DNA of 64,000 nt from Magallana gigas (taxonomy: Eukaryota), in NCBI RefSeq assembly GCF_963853765.1, contig NC_088853.1, positions 28,892,001 through 28,956,000 on the forward strand. The letters are read 5' to 3'. The notes beneath the pieces are model-generated. The model worked only from the letters and a program-made list of their open reading frames with translations, searched no databases and had not been told where the DNA came from. The translations under genes and the position numbers were made by a program. Shown here piece by piece: positions 25,070-36,835 of this stretch (position 1 is the stretch's first letter; every line of letters starts with the position of its first letter).

Positions 25070-26140
25070 TTGTATTTTTTCTGAAGCAGTTAAGCTTTAA
25101 ATAAAAGCGGGAGCCATGGAAAATGACAATAAAACAAAGAACCTAGCAAAGTTAGTGAAGTTGCAGAGGCAAATTAAAACTGATCAAGAAAAGCTAAAAT
25201 CTTACATCAATACGTTTGCACCTCCAAAGAAAAAACCTAAGAGAGAAAATTTGCAGAAATAGACCAAAATAAAGGTACATGTACCACAAATCTCATATAC
25301 AAGAGAATAAAGGTTTTCTTTGCAGCATTTAATCTTTACCCTTTAAATCATGTAATTAGAATACACATGTAGAGGTAATTTTATTTGTATTTTTTTTAAA
25401 AATCATTATCTTGGCAATTACAGAGGAGGGTAATTTGACTCTAAATAATGAATCTTTTGTTCAGCAAGATGGCTTGATGTCCATGATTAATGCCAACGTA
25501 TCAAAATCATGTATTATGTATAGTTAATGTACCGGTATGTAAATTTTTTCACATTGCCATAAGAATTCTTGATTTCACTATCCAGTTAAATTTTAACAGA
25601 AAACATGTTAACTTATCATATCAAAAAAACTTTAATGAAAAAGTTATACAGTATACAGTGTGTGAATAAGAAAAGTTGCATGCAATGATTTTAAAACTTC
25701 TAGTTGATGAACTGAAAACCAAGATCAAACAGTTAAGGATTGCAACAAAATCTAATGACAAAACCAGTTGGGAAAACAGAGAAAGCAGCGTGAAACTGAA
25801 AACTGGGCCAATATACGACACTGTTTATTTGAGGCAGTAATAAAAACTGAATAAATTTTCAGATCCTCTTTCTGTACATGTATGCTGTAAATGCCAAAAT
25901 CCAACTGACTGCTTAATCAGGTATGCAAATCATGTATATGACCTTGAATTATTCTTGACTATTTTGGTAAAAAATTGTATGCTTGTGTTCATTTAACTGT
26001 AAATATAGTATATAAAATATTGTACGTATTTGAGACAATATACATCTTTATCAAAAGGTGTCAACAATGTGTTTCCACATTATGCAATACGTGTGATGAA
26101 GATGTGCATACAGTTAATGCATTACATGACAGACAGGTAA
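25070..26140 (+). pseudogene. N-terminal exons of a KDZ (Kyakuja/Dileera/Zisupton)-type transposase with a CxC cysteine cluster
   Basis: TSWENRE/QRETENWANIRHCLFEAVIKTE (~25760-25850) followed by CQQCVSTLCNTCDEDVHTVNALHDRQ (~26055-26135), the C..C...LC..CD..H...LH.R pattern. Confidence 0.45.
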
Positions 26141-26201
26141 AAATAATAATCACTGGGCAGATGTTGCACCGCTACAGGGTGTAGATATTGATGATAAGTT
26201 G

Positions 26202-26556
26202 GATGCGGTAATGGGCCGCTCCACATGTAGTGAACTTTTCTGCTATGAATATATTTTATATTTTCCCACGTGAGTGTACAGTTGGATGCGGTTATGGGCT
26301 GATCCACATGTAGATTACCTTTCATCTATGAATATTGATATTTTCTTGTACGAGTGTAATGTTGGGTGTAGTAATGGGCCACTCCACATGTAGATTACGT
26401 TTCTTCTATGCATACTATTTATATTTTCTTGTGAGAGTGTAAAGTCGGATGCGGTAATGGGCGCCCCACATGTAGATTAACTTTCCTCTATACATATATT
26501 TATATTTTTTGTGCGAGTATAACGTCTGATGCGGTAATGGGCCGTTCCACATGTGG
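26202..26556 (+). repeat. Minisatellite, ~81-bp unit, ~4.4 copies
   Basis: Units GATGCGGTAATGGGCCGCTCCACATGTAG... start at 26202, 26285, 26365, 26448 and 26528. Confidence 0.92.
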
Positions 26557-26569
26557 ACAGTACGATTAA

Positions 26570-27430
26570 TGCCTCAACCTCTCCTTGCATTGATTGTCGA
26601 TCCTGAACTGTCGACACAGTTCATTAATGGATAATATGATTAGCTTATGTTTGGCGGCAAAAGCACCAGTGTTGAAAGAAATTGTCCATCAATCAATATG
26701 AAAAGAAATGACACGTCAGACCCACGCTTACACAAGTACCTTTTGAATGATTAAATAATTGTGATTTAAAGCAGGTATATGTCTATATGAAGTCAGATTT
26801 ACAGCTTGAAAAAAAAATCATTTTAAGTTCCTTTTCCAGGAGGAAGATGTGAATTTGTTTTCCAAGAAGACAAAGACAAAAGCAGCAAGACAAAATAGAC
26901 AACCAGGAGTGGTTGGTATATACATAGTTTTAGTTGGCGATTAACCAATTCGCAGGAGTTAAAGCTGAAACATCTTTAGTACCTTCTGCCCCTTCCCTTA
27001 AAAAAAGTGATAAAATATCCATCAACATCACAAAATGAATGGAAACCTTTCAAATTTTTGCAGCGGTTTACTCTGAAAAATCTCCGCAGGGAAACGGTGG
27101 TTTAATGACTTGTACCTAAACCATTCAGAATATTGCGAACACCTGTGGAGTTAATTATGCCATGATTCAAAGTTCAGGAAATGGAAAGAATAATTGTTCG
27201 CTGCTTCTCCTTGGCACCTTGATAAAAATTACAAACCAGAAAGCAGGAGCCCTTCGGTGGACAGACCAAACACAATTATACTGATTATCCAACAGCAACA
27301 ATGGTTTCTGCTGAAGTGGCACCTCTCATCGCCAAGTCTGCCAAATTTTCTGCTGAAAACATCTCCCAAAAATCTTGTCGCAGACCAAAAAATAACAAAC
27401 CGTAACCCAATAAATATCATGTATCCGCCA
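26570..27430 (+). pseudogene. DIRS/Ngaro ORF1 (gag-like) remnant
   Basis: NDTSDPRLHK; ETFQIFAAVYSEKSPQ..TIQNIANTCG; DSKFRKWKE*LFAASPWHL. These fit the W..F.IF..Y..P..YD..FR..W..PW signature. Confidence 0.55.
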
Positions 27431-27840
27431 GACAACCAATGCGCTCATTATTTTATCATATACAATGGTATTTTTGTAAACAGAGAGAGTTTCTTCTTTT
27501 ATGATTCTGTCTAAAGGCTTTGTTATTGAAAGTATGCAAATTGCCATTATAATCTAATTTTATTCACAAATGATAACGTATTATTTTATTCATGTAACCA
27601 AATTTAGATAGAATTTAACATAGTATGTTAATAAAGATCTAGGTTTGGTTTTTTTAAAGTTTATTTTATTGTATTAGGTTGTTTAAGTGTTGCTTACATC
27701 AATATTATAAGACGCGCAAAATAACATTTCTTTTCATATGTTCATAATCTCAATGAGACTCCAAAATTCATAACTTATAGTTTTGCAGTTAAAAATGATG
27801 CGTCCTTCAATGTTGTTTTGAATAAAACACGTCGTTTTAA

Positions 27841-28689
27841 AGGGAAAGGTCATGCAAAAAATGAAGAGTTGAAATATTTATATTTACCATAAAAATGTCA
27901 ACCACTAAATTCTTCTTAACATGATCATAATTCAGCAACAATCACCGATTGAATATCAAAGTTTGACAAAGTCATGTGAGCTGCCATTTTGATGCTCTCC
28001 ACTGTTTAAAGTTAAATATGTTGTGGCTTATCATCGGGTTTTATCGCAGCATCCCGATAACTTCCAAATGTTCTGTGATGTCAGCATACCCCATTCACAG
28101 TTCTTAACAGTTCACATGTGTGGTCAGTGTCTAGGGAAGTTATACATCCTTGTTGTTTTTTAAACATCATAAATTGAGAAATAGTAACAAGGAGAACATC
28201 TGGATTAAGAATTAGAAGATCAAATTGGTCATGGTAAGTTATACAACCTATCTCTCCCATATTTTCTATTGTATAATCGCAGTGTTTACAACACATGCAT
28301 TCCTCGGCAGTGGGCATGACCTCAAACTGTCTACAGGAACACCATTCCTCTAATGTTGGAATAATTGGACTTAACGATTTATTATTGGCAGGGAGATTTT
28401 CAACTTCTTCAGTATATTCAGGTTTAAATGCATAGCGTACTATCCCAAATGTTTTTTCTTGCGCCATTCTTGCAGAGTAATGTTATACAATACGTGGATC
28501 AGTTTATGGAAGTGGTATGCTGACGTCACAAAGATGCTATCAAAGCAGCCTCCTTGCGCTTGCAGGAGATTTAATTAAACCGAGTTTTATGGCTTAAGAT
28601 GAAATCATGAGATAAAGTATATGGTGGATGTTTTAAACAAAGTTTTGTTTATCTATTTCACTAGAGATGTGTTATACCTGATCTTCCCT
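27841..28689 (-). mobile_element. Internally deleted Kolobok element retaining a KolX ORF
   Basis: TTAA at 27837-27840 and 28690-28693. Termini AGGGAAAGGTCA and (reverse complement) AGGGAAGATCA. Carries a KolX-like ORF. Confidence 0.75.
28081..28467 (-). CDS. KolX-like (P2X7 ballast-like) Cys-rich protein, C-terminally truncated
   Basis: RYAFKPEY..EWCSCRQFEVMPTAEECMCCK..CITYHDQFDLLILNPDVL. Confidence 0.7.
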   Translation of the reverse strand: MAQEKTFGIVRYAFKPEYTEEVENLPANNKSLSPIIPTLEEWCSCRQFEVMPTAEECMCCKHCDYTIENMGEIGCITYHDQFDLLILNPDVLLVTISQFMMFKKQQGCITSLDTDHTCELLRTVNGVC

Positions 28690-30049
28690 TTAACGACAAA
28701 GTTCTTGTAATTAACATGAATTTGTTGAAAATGATTCCGATTAACATTAAGAACGAGTTGTCAATAATTACCTGTTTATTAACATTGTTAAATTGCACGT
28801 GGAGTGTTTCTGATTATTCAAATAAGCAAGAACAATGGATACTCTTAAAGTAACAAATATGGACTCAATTTTTTATTTCAACCTAAAGAATTGTTTCTTA
28901 GTAAATAATACAACAACAAAAAATGTTCCTTGGTAAGTATCTCTATATATGTCTGATACGTATGATAAGTTACATTTACCCGAAAACAATCATGACCGAG
29001 TTAACTAGACTAACGTATACTGTCTTTTTCTTTAAAAAGGTTAATACCATCAATTTTTGTTAATCTTTTCGTGCAGAAATTACTTAAATGTCGTCTCCAA
29101 ACAATTTAATGAATAATGGTAATAACAACAATAACTAATTTTGTTAAGTGATATCAAATAAATAAACCTGAAATACTTTTAGAACGATTGAGTATACCTT
29201 TGGGGTTTATCGATTTTATTAGACTGTACATGAAGTGTTTCTGATCATTATACGTATGCGCAGTTGTGTACCTTCTTTGTCATTAAATGTGAATTCCGTG
29301 TAACTGTACGAATAAGTAATCAAATGTTAATTCCGTTTAACTGTACGAATAAGTAAATTAAAGTATGTTGTATCTATATCAAGTTTTATAAAAAGGGGGG
29401 TTGTCATGGACGCTTACGTAATACATTCGAGGTGTTTTTCCGAGCTTGCCGGAAAGGCCCGATAAGTTGCGATTTGGTTTGGAATAAATCGAAAATTGCA
29501 CATATTTCTAATTTGCTCTTTGTTGTTAAAGAATAGTTCGGTAATGCAGTTTGGCATAGTGGTAGATTTAAGTTCTTTAACTTTTTTAAAAAGACGGATG
29601 ATTCCCAATCTAAGTTCAGTTAACGAAACGATTTTTGAGCAAATAATTTGATTTTATATGACTCTATTATTGTCTAATGATAACAATAACGATTTTCAGG
29701 GAACACGACGAATTTTCGAATGCCATCGATAGCGAACATGGCGGTGAATTAGAACCAATATTAAAACAAAAGAGTCAGCGTCGTCTTGCTAGTTTTGTCA
29801 AATTAAACAAACCTGTTGGGAAATAATTCAAGAAAGGCAGTCAGCAATTGATGATGCATTGAACAAAATGATCATTGGCAAGGTTTTACTTGTGAGCATT
29901 GTTTATAACATCTACTTTAGGGCATCTGTGGAACTCTTAGATCCGAGGTATGTGTAAAATTGTCTAACGTTTATGTTCTTAAATATATGAATGGCTAATG
30001 CCTAATCGTTATATGATTTTATGAAATTAATATAAGTTATTAGATTATA

Positions 30050-31230
30050 TCACAGTCTGTCCCGTCTTGTTGAGTGAATGAAGCTTGTCGGTGCCTAGTA
30101 CAATTTTGTTTGGAATGTTTCCCTTGGCAGTGCTGACAGATGTAAGGGTGGGGAATGAGGCTTGTCGGTGCCTAGTACAATTTCTCCCTTGGCAGTGCTG
30201 ACAGATGTAAGGGTGGGGAATGAGGCTTGTCGGTGCCTAGTACAATTTCGTTTGGAATGTTTCCCTTGGCAGTGCTGAAAGATGTGAGGGTGGGGACATG
30301 CTCGCCCTTTGGGGCAGGTGCCATGATTATTGAATGAATAGCAGTACATGTGCGTCTGGAGGGGGGGGGGGGGGGTGGCACGAAAGGGCTGTTTCTTATT
30401 TTTCAATTTGTAGTCAAGCCCAAAAAAAACTGCTTCTTGGCAAAGTTCGACATTCTTTAGTTGCCATGGACAAGAACCAGGGTCATTTTCTCCCAATTTC
30501 CTAAATTTATCGTCATAGATTAGTGCTGCTGCGTCCCCACAAGCATCTGAAACGCGCTATACAATTTGTGCGTAATCCATTAAGTAACTAATTTCCTGCG
30601 GATGTTTCTCGGCATAAATTGCCACAAATATGTGGAATGCCTCCATCCGTTTTGCAATAGTCTTAACACTCTCCTTTTCATTTTATTTAAGAAAGAGTAG
30701 CTGACCATCCTTTTCAACGGATTTGTATTTATCATTCTCAGTAGTCAAGTTTGATTGCAGAAGGGAGGAGAGTTTTATGTAATCCCCAACATGTATCTAA
30801 GCCCTTAAACATCAATGCCCAAAGTGAGAGATACTGAGCCAAATGGGGGAGTAATATTTTTAGCAGATGATTGGATAGTAGTACCTGGTAGGTGGTGGAC
30901 AGTTAACATCTATAGATTCTGTAGATCGGTTGGCAGTTTTCCTTTGTTGCGTATGAAAGTTTTCCATGTATTGACGGAATGTATTTTCGGTGTTGGGAAG
31001 AATGTGTGCCATGCATGATTGGATCATGCTTTCAGTGTTTATATTTTGTGGCATGGCAGGTGTTGTACTTCTGCTTGCTGTTGTAGGAGGGTTGGGAAGT
31101 TGTACCCGAGAGGTCTTCCTACGCTTAGGTCTTGACGCCATCCTATTGAGAGAAACGCAGCAATATGAACAATAATCAGTAATAATGTAAATGTTAGTGG
31201 GATTTACCTGTGTTATCATGCAAATCCTGA
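30050..31230 (-). pseudogene. DIRS/Ngaro ORF1 (gag-like) with CCCH/CCHC-like finger, degraded
   Basis: MASRPKRRK..MAHILPN.ENTF; EAFHIFVAIYAEKHPQEI; LIYDDKFRK; CPWQ; YCYSFNNHGTCPKGRACPHPH..QHCQGKH. Confidence 0.7.
30083..30295 (+). repeat. Triplicated 65-77-bp unit at the gag C-terminus
   Basis: GCTTGTCGGTGCCTAGTACAATTT at 30083, 30160 and 30225. Confidence 0.95.
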
Positions 31231-31489
31231 ATCACATACATCACTGAAAATTCTAAGAAAATATAGAATTAAGACAACATATAAATCACATCGCTTAAAA
31301 ATGCCAACTGTGACATAAGGTGAACTAGCCACCCAAATAATATTTATATATATATATGATGTTCATAATAGCTGAAATATATATTAGCTACGTACCTGCA
31401 AACATAGGTGGATATTGTTAACCTCAAACTTGGAAAGCCAAGTACATATCAGCAATCATAGCTGAAGAGGTCAACAGCAGTATATATCA

Positions 31490-32260
31490 TATCTGGCGAC
31501 AGTTGCATGGTCTCCGGTGTTGTTCATCACCATCTGGATCATTGCAGCGTTCACTGTTGCTTGGATTGCCTCATTAAGGTTGACTGAAGACGAGGAGGAT
31601 GTAACCATCAAACCGTGTTCCACAGTCTGCTGACCAAATGCTTTTCACTCAAGTCCAAATCACAATCTGCCAATTGGAACAGGTGAATGAAATTGTCAAC
31701 TGACTCCTGGTCTTCTTGTTTGACAACGTCCAGGTCCGACTCACAGCCGTCCTCCCTGAATCTTTATAAGAATGCTTCTTTGAATACATTCATGTTTGTC
31801 TTGAGTTGGTCCCCCAAAGTGAGAAACCAATGCCTCACTAAATCTGTGGCGTTATATGGAAAGATGTCCAGGGCCTGTCCATCTGTCAGCGAATACAGAC
31901 TGACGTACGCCATGAATGTCATCCACCATTGGAGGGGCGATGTAAGTCTATTGTATGCTGGTGGCTGTGAATAATGGTATTGTGTGTTGGCACTGTATTC
32001 GCCACATTGACATTTGATCGTCCGCTGGTTTGATTAGGAACATTTCCCATTTCGATTAATCGGCCACTGGCTTGAGTAGAGGTATTTCCAGATTCACTTG
32101 CTCGTCCAGTGCTCTGGCAATCAGGGTTGGTGGTAGGGGAGAAAAGGGAACGAATGGTCGTCCTTCTTGATCAGCATGTTTGAATCCGTTCCTTCGCAGA
32201 CTGAAGTCTTGTGTCATTCTGTCTTCGGTACTGGTGTCTGTAGGCTTCATTTTGAGGTTA
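31490..32260 (-). pseudogene. Ty3/Gypsy-type gag remnant
   Basis: QWWMTFMAYVSLYSLTDGQALDIFPY..HWFLTLGDQLKTNMNVFKEAFL*RF. Confidence 0.6.
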
Positions 32261-32411
32261 GGGTCTTAAAGATTCTCCACCAGAAAAAAATATATTTTTG
32301 TTGTTGAGTTTTGTTGTTTGGTTGTGTCGGGAATTTGGCTCAAATAATCCGGACGTTTTGTTCGTGCGATGCAAATGACGTGATTTGTCTTTGTGTACTA
32401 GCTGCAAAAAA

Positions 32412-33314
32412 CAAAGTCGGAATTAGGCTTGTCGATACGTATATTTGTTGAGCTCGCAATGGAAAGAATATACAAAACAACATGTTAATACAATGCATTA
32501 TACATGTACATGACATGGCAATTCTTTGCATTGAGACAATAACCAAAAATTTATTACATAACATCATCACAGTTCTGTCTCTCAAGTTGAAACATAACAT
32601 GGTTTATCAATTAATCAAATTGAATTATATCACTTATGTTTCATTTCTCAGAAGAGTGTCAGTATTATGCGTCTTACTACAAAGTACTAATCGATCAACA
32701 AATTTTAAAGAAAAGACTATATGTACAAACTATTACACTACAGTAGAGTTCAGTAACTAAATTATATCCTTATCATAATTAACAATAAAGTTTCTCATTG
32801 AATCATTAAAGGTTTTCATCAAGAGAACACAAAATGATTAGCAATATTATTCTTCATAACTAAACAAAAATATATTTATCGTGTTCACAATTTCAATATC
32901 TTAAACTTGTTCTCGAAATAGGAAAAGTTATGAGATTTGTATCTTCCTGTACTGTAGAGCTTTCAGAGTAGCGCGAAATTCAATTATTTTTACAGAACAT
33001 CAAACAATATTACGCTTCATCAAAAATGTATTAAAACTACAAAACATTACATTGCAAAAGTTTGAAAAGAAAATATTGTAAATACTAAAACGGTTATCTT
33101 TAATAAATTTCCTTACTATCTTATAAATAATAAAAATAAACATGATTGTAAATTTAACAAATTCTAACCTAAAGTAACACACGGAACATTTAACATAATA
33201 ATACATTTAGATCAGAATATCAAATAGTATAACAATTTATAACATACCTGCAAATAACACACAAAGTCGGAGTAAGGCTTGTCGATACGTATATTTGTTG
33301 AGCTCGCAATGGAA
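32412..33314 (+). repeat. ~53-bp direct repeat pair (32412-32464 and 33262-33314)
   Basis: CAAAGTCGGA(AT/GT)(T/A)AGGCTTGTCGATACGTATATTTGTTGAGCTCGCAATGGAA occurs twice, 850 bp apart. Confidence 0.9.
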
Positions 33315-33735
33315 TGAGCCAAAAGTTGGGCGCGAGTATACATATCGAATTTCGACTGACCAACAAGTATCCAATCAAAACACACTATTTTAGTCATGTG
33401 ATACAAAACATTTATTCCGAAATTTGCACTAAAGCTTTATTTAATCTTACGTAAGAAATTATACAAATAGGAAGACCGACTTGCCTGAGGCTAAACAGTT
33501 TAAAGTATTATCACCTATTTAGCTAATAAAATGGCTATAATATTTTAAAAATTAATAGGTCAAAAGGCCATAAAATTGAAAAAAATCAGTGTCAAACGTG
33601 TATACAGAATCTTCCTTGTTATTAAAATAAACTAGTAAAGATAAGCAAAATTAAGAATGAAAAAGAAAATTTTAAAGCGTTTTGTTAAGTATTTGAATTT
33701 GAATAGTAAAGTTATACATGAAAGTTTAGAATTTA

Positions 33736-33825
33736 CCGGGTGGCACTAAATACAAAATTTACATTACATTACTTCCAAGAATTCAATATCATTTAACTAC
33801 TATGTTGGATGTAGTGCCACCGGGG
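33736..33825. repeat. Small inverted-repeat element
   Basis: CCGGGTGGCACTA ... TAGTGCCACCGGGG. Confidence 0.6.
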
Positions 33826-34049
33826 TTTTTTCAAAAAGGTGCAGACGTGATTCAGGCTGTATTAACGACACTGCACGTGAAGTAAGGCTGCACTATCGGT
33901 GCAAAATAATACAATTACCTTAGAAATTCTTTCTAAGAATAAATTTATTTTGTATTTTATAATGTTTTCTTTTTTTCAAACATATTACTACAATGTGTAG
34001 TTCATGCATGAAGGAGTCCGTGCAACATGAATGCCTCGATCGGAAACCA

Positions 34050-34375
34050 ATCAACCGCAAGTTTTCGGATGGCCCACACACGTTCAAGACAAGGACTGAT
34101 CCCAATTCAATTAATCATGTGTCCAAAATGCTCAATGATCTGCTTTCTGAACTTGGATTTGGCTCTTTTGAGTTTAAACCCAACCTCCTGAATTCTGTCC
34201 AACACACGGTCTATACCCTCGTCATGTTCCTCTTTGGATTGCCCGTACATTATAACGTCGTCCATTATAGCATCAGCTCCATCGATGTTTCCAAGAATTT
34301 CTGACATTCGTTGCTGGAATATATCGGATGATGACATGGTTCCAAAAAGAATCCGCTAGAAATAGACTCGGGTCG
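34050..34375 (-). pseudogene. Ty3/Gypsy reverse transcriptase fragment
   Basis: RIPFGTMSSSDIFQQRMSEILGNIDGADAIMDDVIMYGQSKEEHD..FGHMIN (RT MDD motif). Confidence 0.85.
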
Positions 34376-34639
34376 AAACCGCCCTCTAACTCTCGCCCAA
34401 ATATAGCTTAGATTACAGTTTATAATTTGCACCATGAAATCAAATAGGCCAATGCAAAACGATTGCGAATGAAAATTTGGCCTTTGAGGGAATGTGTGAT
34501 TTGTCTGAATTTAAATGAAGGTGGCTACGGCGATTTTGGTGTAGGTTTGAACACTTGCGAAGAGCTTGTCATCAAACCCGAGATGCAACCCGATATATTA
34601 GCTACGCGCATAGGACATCGGAAACGGAGGAACAGTTGA

Positions 34640-35040
34640 AAAATCCCATGTCAAATCAGGATAATTCAAACATAAATAAAACAACACTAAATATGCCGTC
34701 AATGTTTTCGAGAAAAGGGTGGAAAATATTCTCGAATATCACCTTATGGATTTTCAAACAATGGCTTACTGGCTGGAGGTGGAAATAAGGAAAAACAAGA
34801 CGGAGCGGATCTGAATTTTTGTAGCCTTCTAAGACATATGCGCGACGAAGAAGTATACAACAATACTTTTTTAAATGAGAGAAACACAGAATTCTCCAGA
34901 TTTCGAAAGGTAGCCGATGCTTTAATGAGAAGTCTCATTGATAAAGGACGTGTCTGACATAAAATGCGCAGACCCAATTCTTCCCCATAAGAAAGAACAA
35001 AATTAGGAAAGAGAGCCTTTAGATAGACATGCCAAGCCAA
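34640..35040 (+). pseudogene. Crypton (DUF3504/ZMYM-like) tyrosine recombinase fragment
   Basis: NNTKYAVNVF..MDFQTMAYWLEVEIRK; FCSLLRHMRD..FSRFRKVADALMRSLIDKG; ADPILP. Confidence 0.65.
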
Positions 35041-36073
35041 TTTTGAAATGGTATTACGAGATTAAAATATTTGTGCCTCTAAATTATGTAATCTGCTATT
35101 AGGGTTGAAAATGTATTGCTTTTGAAAGTTTCTAATATAAATTTTTTTAAAGATATTTCTGAAGTTTGCACTTTGACTGCGTCTAGAATTGAAATTTACA
35201 AATATGTCCCCTTCATTTTCATACCTTTAAACCACTGAGAATTTCTTTTAATACAAACTCAAGAGAATCGATAAAACAATATCCAGTACGAAATTTTCAT
35301 TAAACATGCAGTTTTATTATATTTCTACTGTTAGCAAAGTTTAGCATTATCTCTCAAGTTCCTAAAATTTTTTGTTAGTTCTCTTATTGTTTTTGTTTTT
35401 ACTATTCATCAACCACTTCTTTTAATTTTTTTCTTTTTCTGTCATTTCTTAGACTATATTTTGCGCGAAATGTTTAGATGTCTCTATTTTTTTCTTCACA
35501 AAGAAGTTTTCTACTCTTTATTTCTTTACGTTGTTCCTTTATTTTGTTGCTTAAAGACATCAAAGCAAAATTAAATGCTTGTGACGTAGAGGTTGCCACA
35601 ATTGGCGCTGTAACATCTCATGCAGTTACTGTCCCTACATAAATTTCAAATATAGCAGCTTCAAAATCATTTTTTCCCTTTTTTTCTTTGAATTTCAACT
35701 TGTGCGTCCTAATTTCCTTTTTAGAGCATCCGAATAAATACTTTCATTTTCTCCTATTTAATCTTGTGGTCTATTTTGCAAAGTGGGACAATGTCATTTT
35801 TCCAAACAAGTTTAAGGCTTCTTTACAGGTTAGTTACTATTTTATTTGGGAGGGGGTGTAATTAGCAGATATCGCCAGAACTGTCAGTTCTATTCATTTC
35901 AAAAATGCTACATCGTATATCAAGGAGTCCTAGAATTTTCTTTTCACGCTTGAAAAAACATTCTTTAGCAATATTTTCAACCAGAAAACATACTGACGCA
36001 CGCGTCAAATGGGCCGCAAAAAAATATAATTAGTGTATAATAATTATGCCATCGTCCATGATTCTATCATAAC

Positions 36074-36283
36074 CTATACTAATTTTTTTAACCAGAGTCT
36101 ACGCTGCTTTGTTTTTCGCAAATTTGAAACAGGCTGTATAGGTAAAACATCACCAGGCTGACCAGCATTTTGGGAGCTACAACCTGCCTCCTCATGCATC
36201 ATCGCCTTCATCTGTGTGGCTGATCCAGCTGCTGCGGGAGGTCTAGTCCTTGTTTTTCTCCTACCTTCCCCACTGGAATTCAT
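36074..36283 (-). CDS. Short basic/Pro-rich ORF resembling a DIRS ORF1 N-terminus
   Basis: MNSSGEGRRKTRTRPPAAAGS... directly after a ttccag acceptor. Similarity is compositional only. Confidence 0.25.
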   Translation of the reverse strand: MNSSGEGRRKTRTRPPAAAGSATQMKAMMHEEAGCSSQNAGQPGDVLPIQPVSNLRKTKQRRLWLKKLV

Positions 36284-36392
36284 CTGGAAATATTTTATAA
36301 ATGCGATTTAAACTTTGCTTTAAAAAAAAGGGGGATATCTTTCAACAGAAACCACGAAGAAGCATGTGAAAAAGCGGGTATTTGCATATAAT

Positions 36393-36835
36393 ATAACCCC
36401 AACCATATAGGCCGACAAAGGGGTATAGTATAAACACCTTTACCAAATGGGTCAGTTAAGAAATATTTGCACATATATGGCAAAAATGTAATTAACTCCG
36501 ACCATATAGGGGTATATATTAAAAGCCCAACGGGACATAAATAAACTGCGTATGTGTGTATTAATAGGACAATAACCCCGACTTTATAGGGGTTCAAAAA
36601 TATTCACACAATGGGTTGTTCCTTCAGCATACACATATACATATGATGCAATTAACCCCGACCATATAGGGGTATGGATGGAAAAATCCATTGAAAAATT
36701 TGCGAATAGGAATACGCAATTAAATTAAAGAATCCCCCACCATTTAGGGGTATGTTAAATGGAATCTTACATTCAACATGGAATATTAATGCAATTAAAA
36801 AAACCTTCAGTGCTAACCTCAACCATATAGAGGTG
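36393..36835. repeat. Regularly interspaced hairpin-repeat array (6 repeats, ~80-nt period, dissimilar spacers)
   Basis: Consensus AATTAACCCCGACCATATAGGGGTAT at ~36393 (with a 10-nt insert), 36490, 36571, 36650, ~36732 and ~36814. Confidence 0.85.

Noticed and set aside
29400-29950. Possible exon(s) EHDEFSNAIDSEHGGELEP..QTCWEIIQERQSAIDDALNK
   Set aside because: It looks coding, with splice signals, but is frameshifted and not assignable to a family.
34510-35230. TTAA-flanked Kolobok-like ends around the Crypton fragment
   Set aside because: The putative termini match only over ~8 bp and the TSD placement is inconsistent.
36500-36510. CCATATAGG as an SRF CArG box
   Set aside because: Only five A/T bases lie between CC and GG; a CArG box needs six.
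36393-36835. Annotating the array as a true prokaryotic CRISPR or as contamination
   Set aside because: There are no cas genes or leader, the repeats are degenerate, and the flanks are intron-containing eukaryotic TE sequence. It is kept only as CRISPR-like in architecture.
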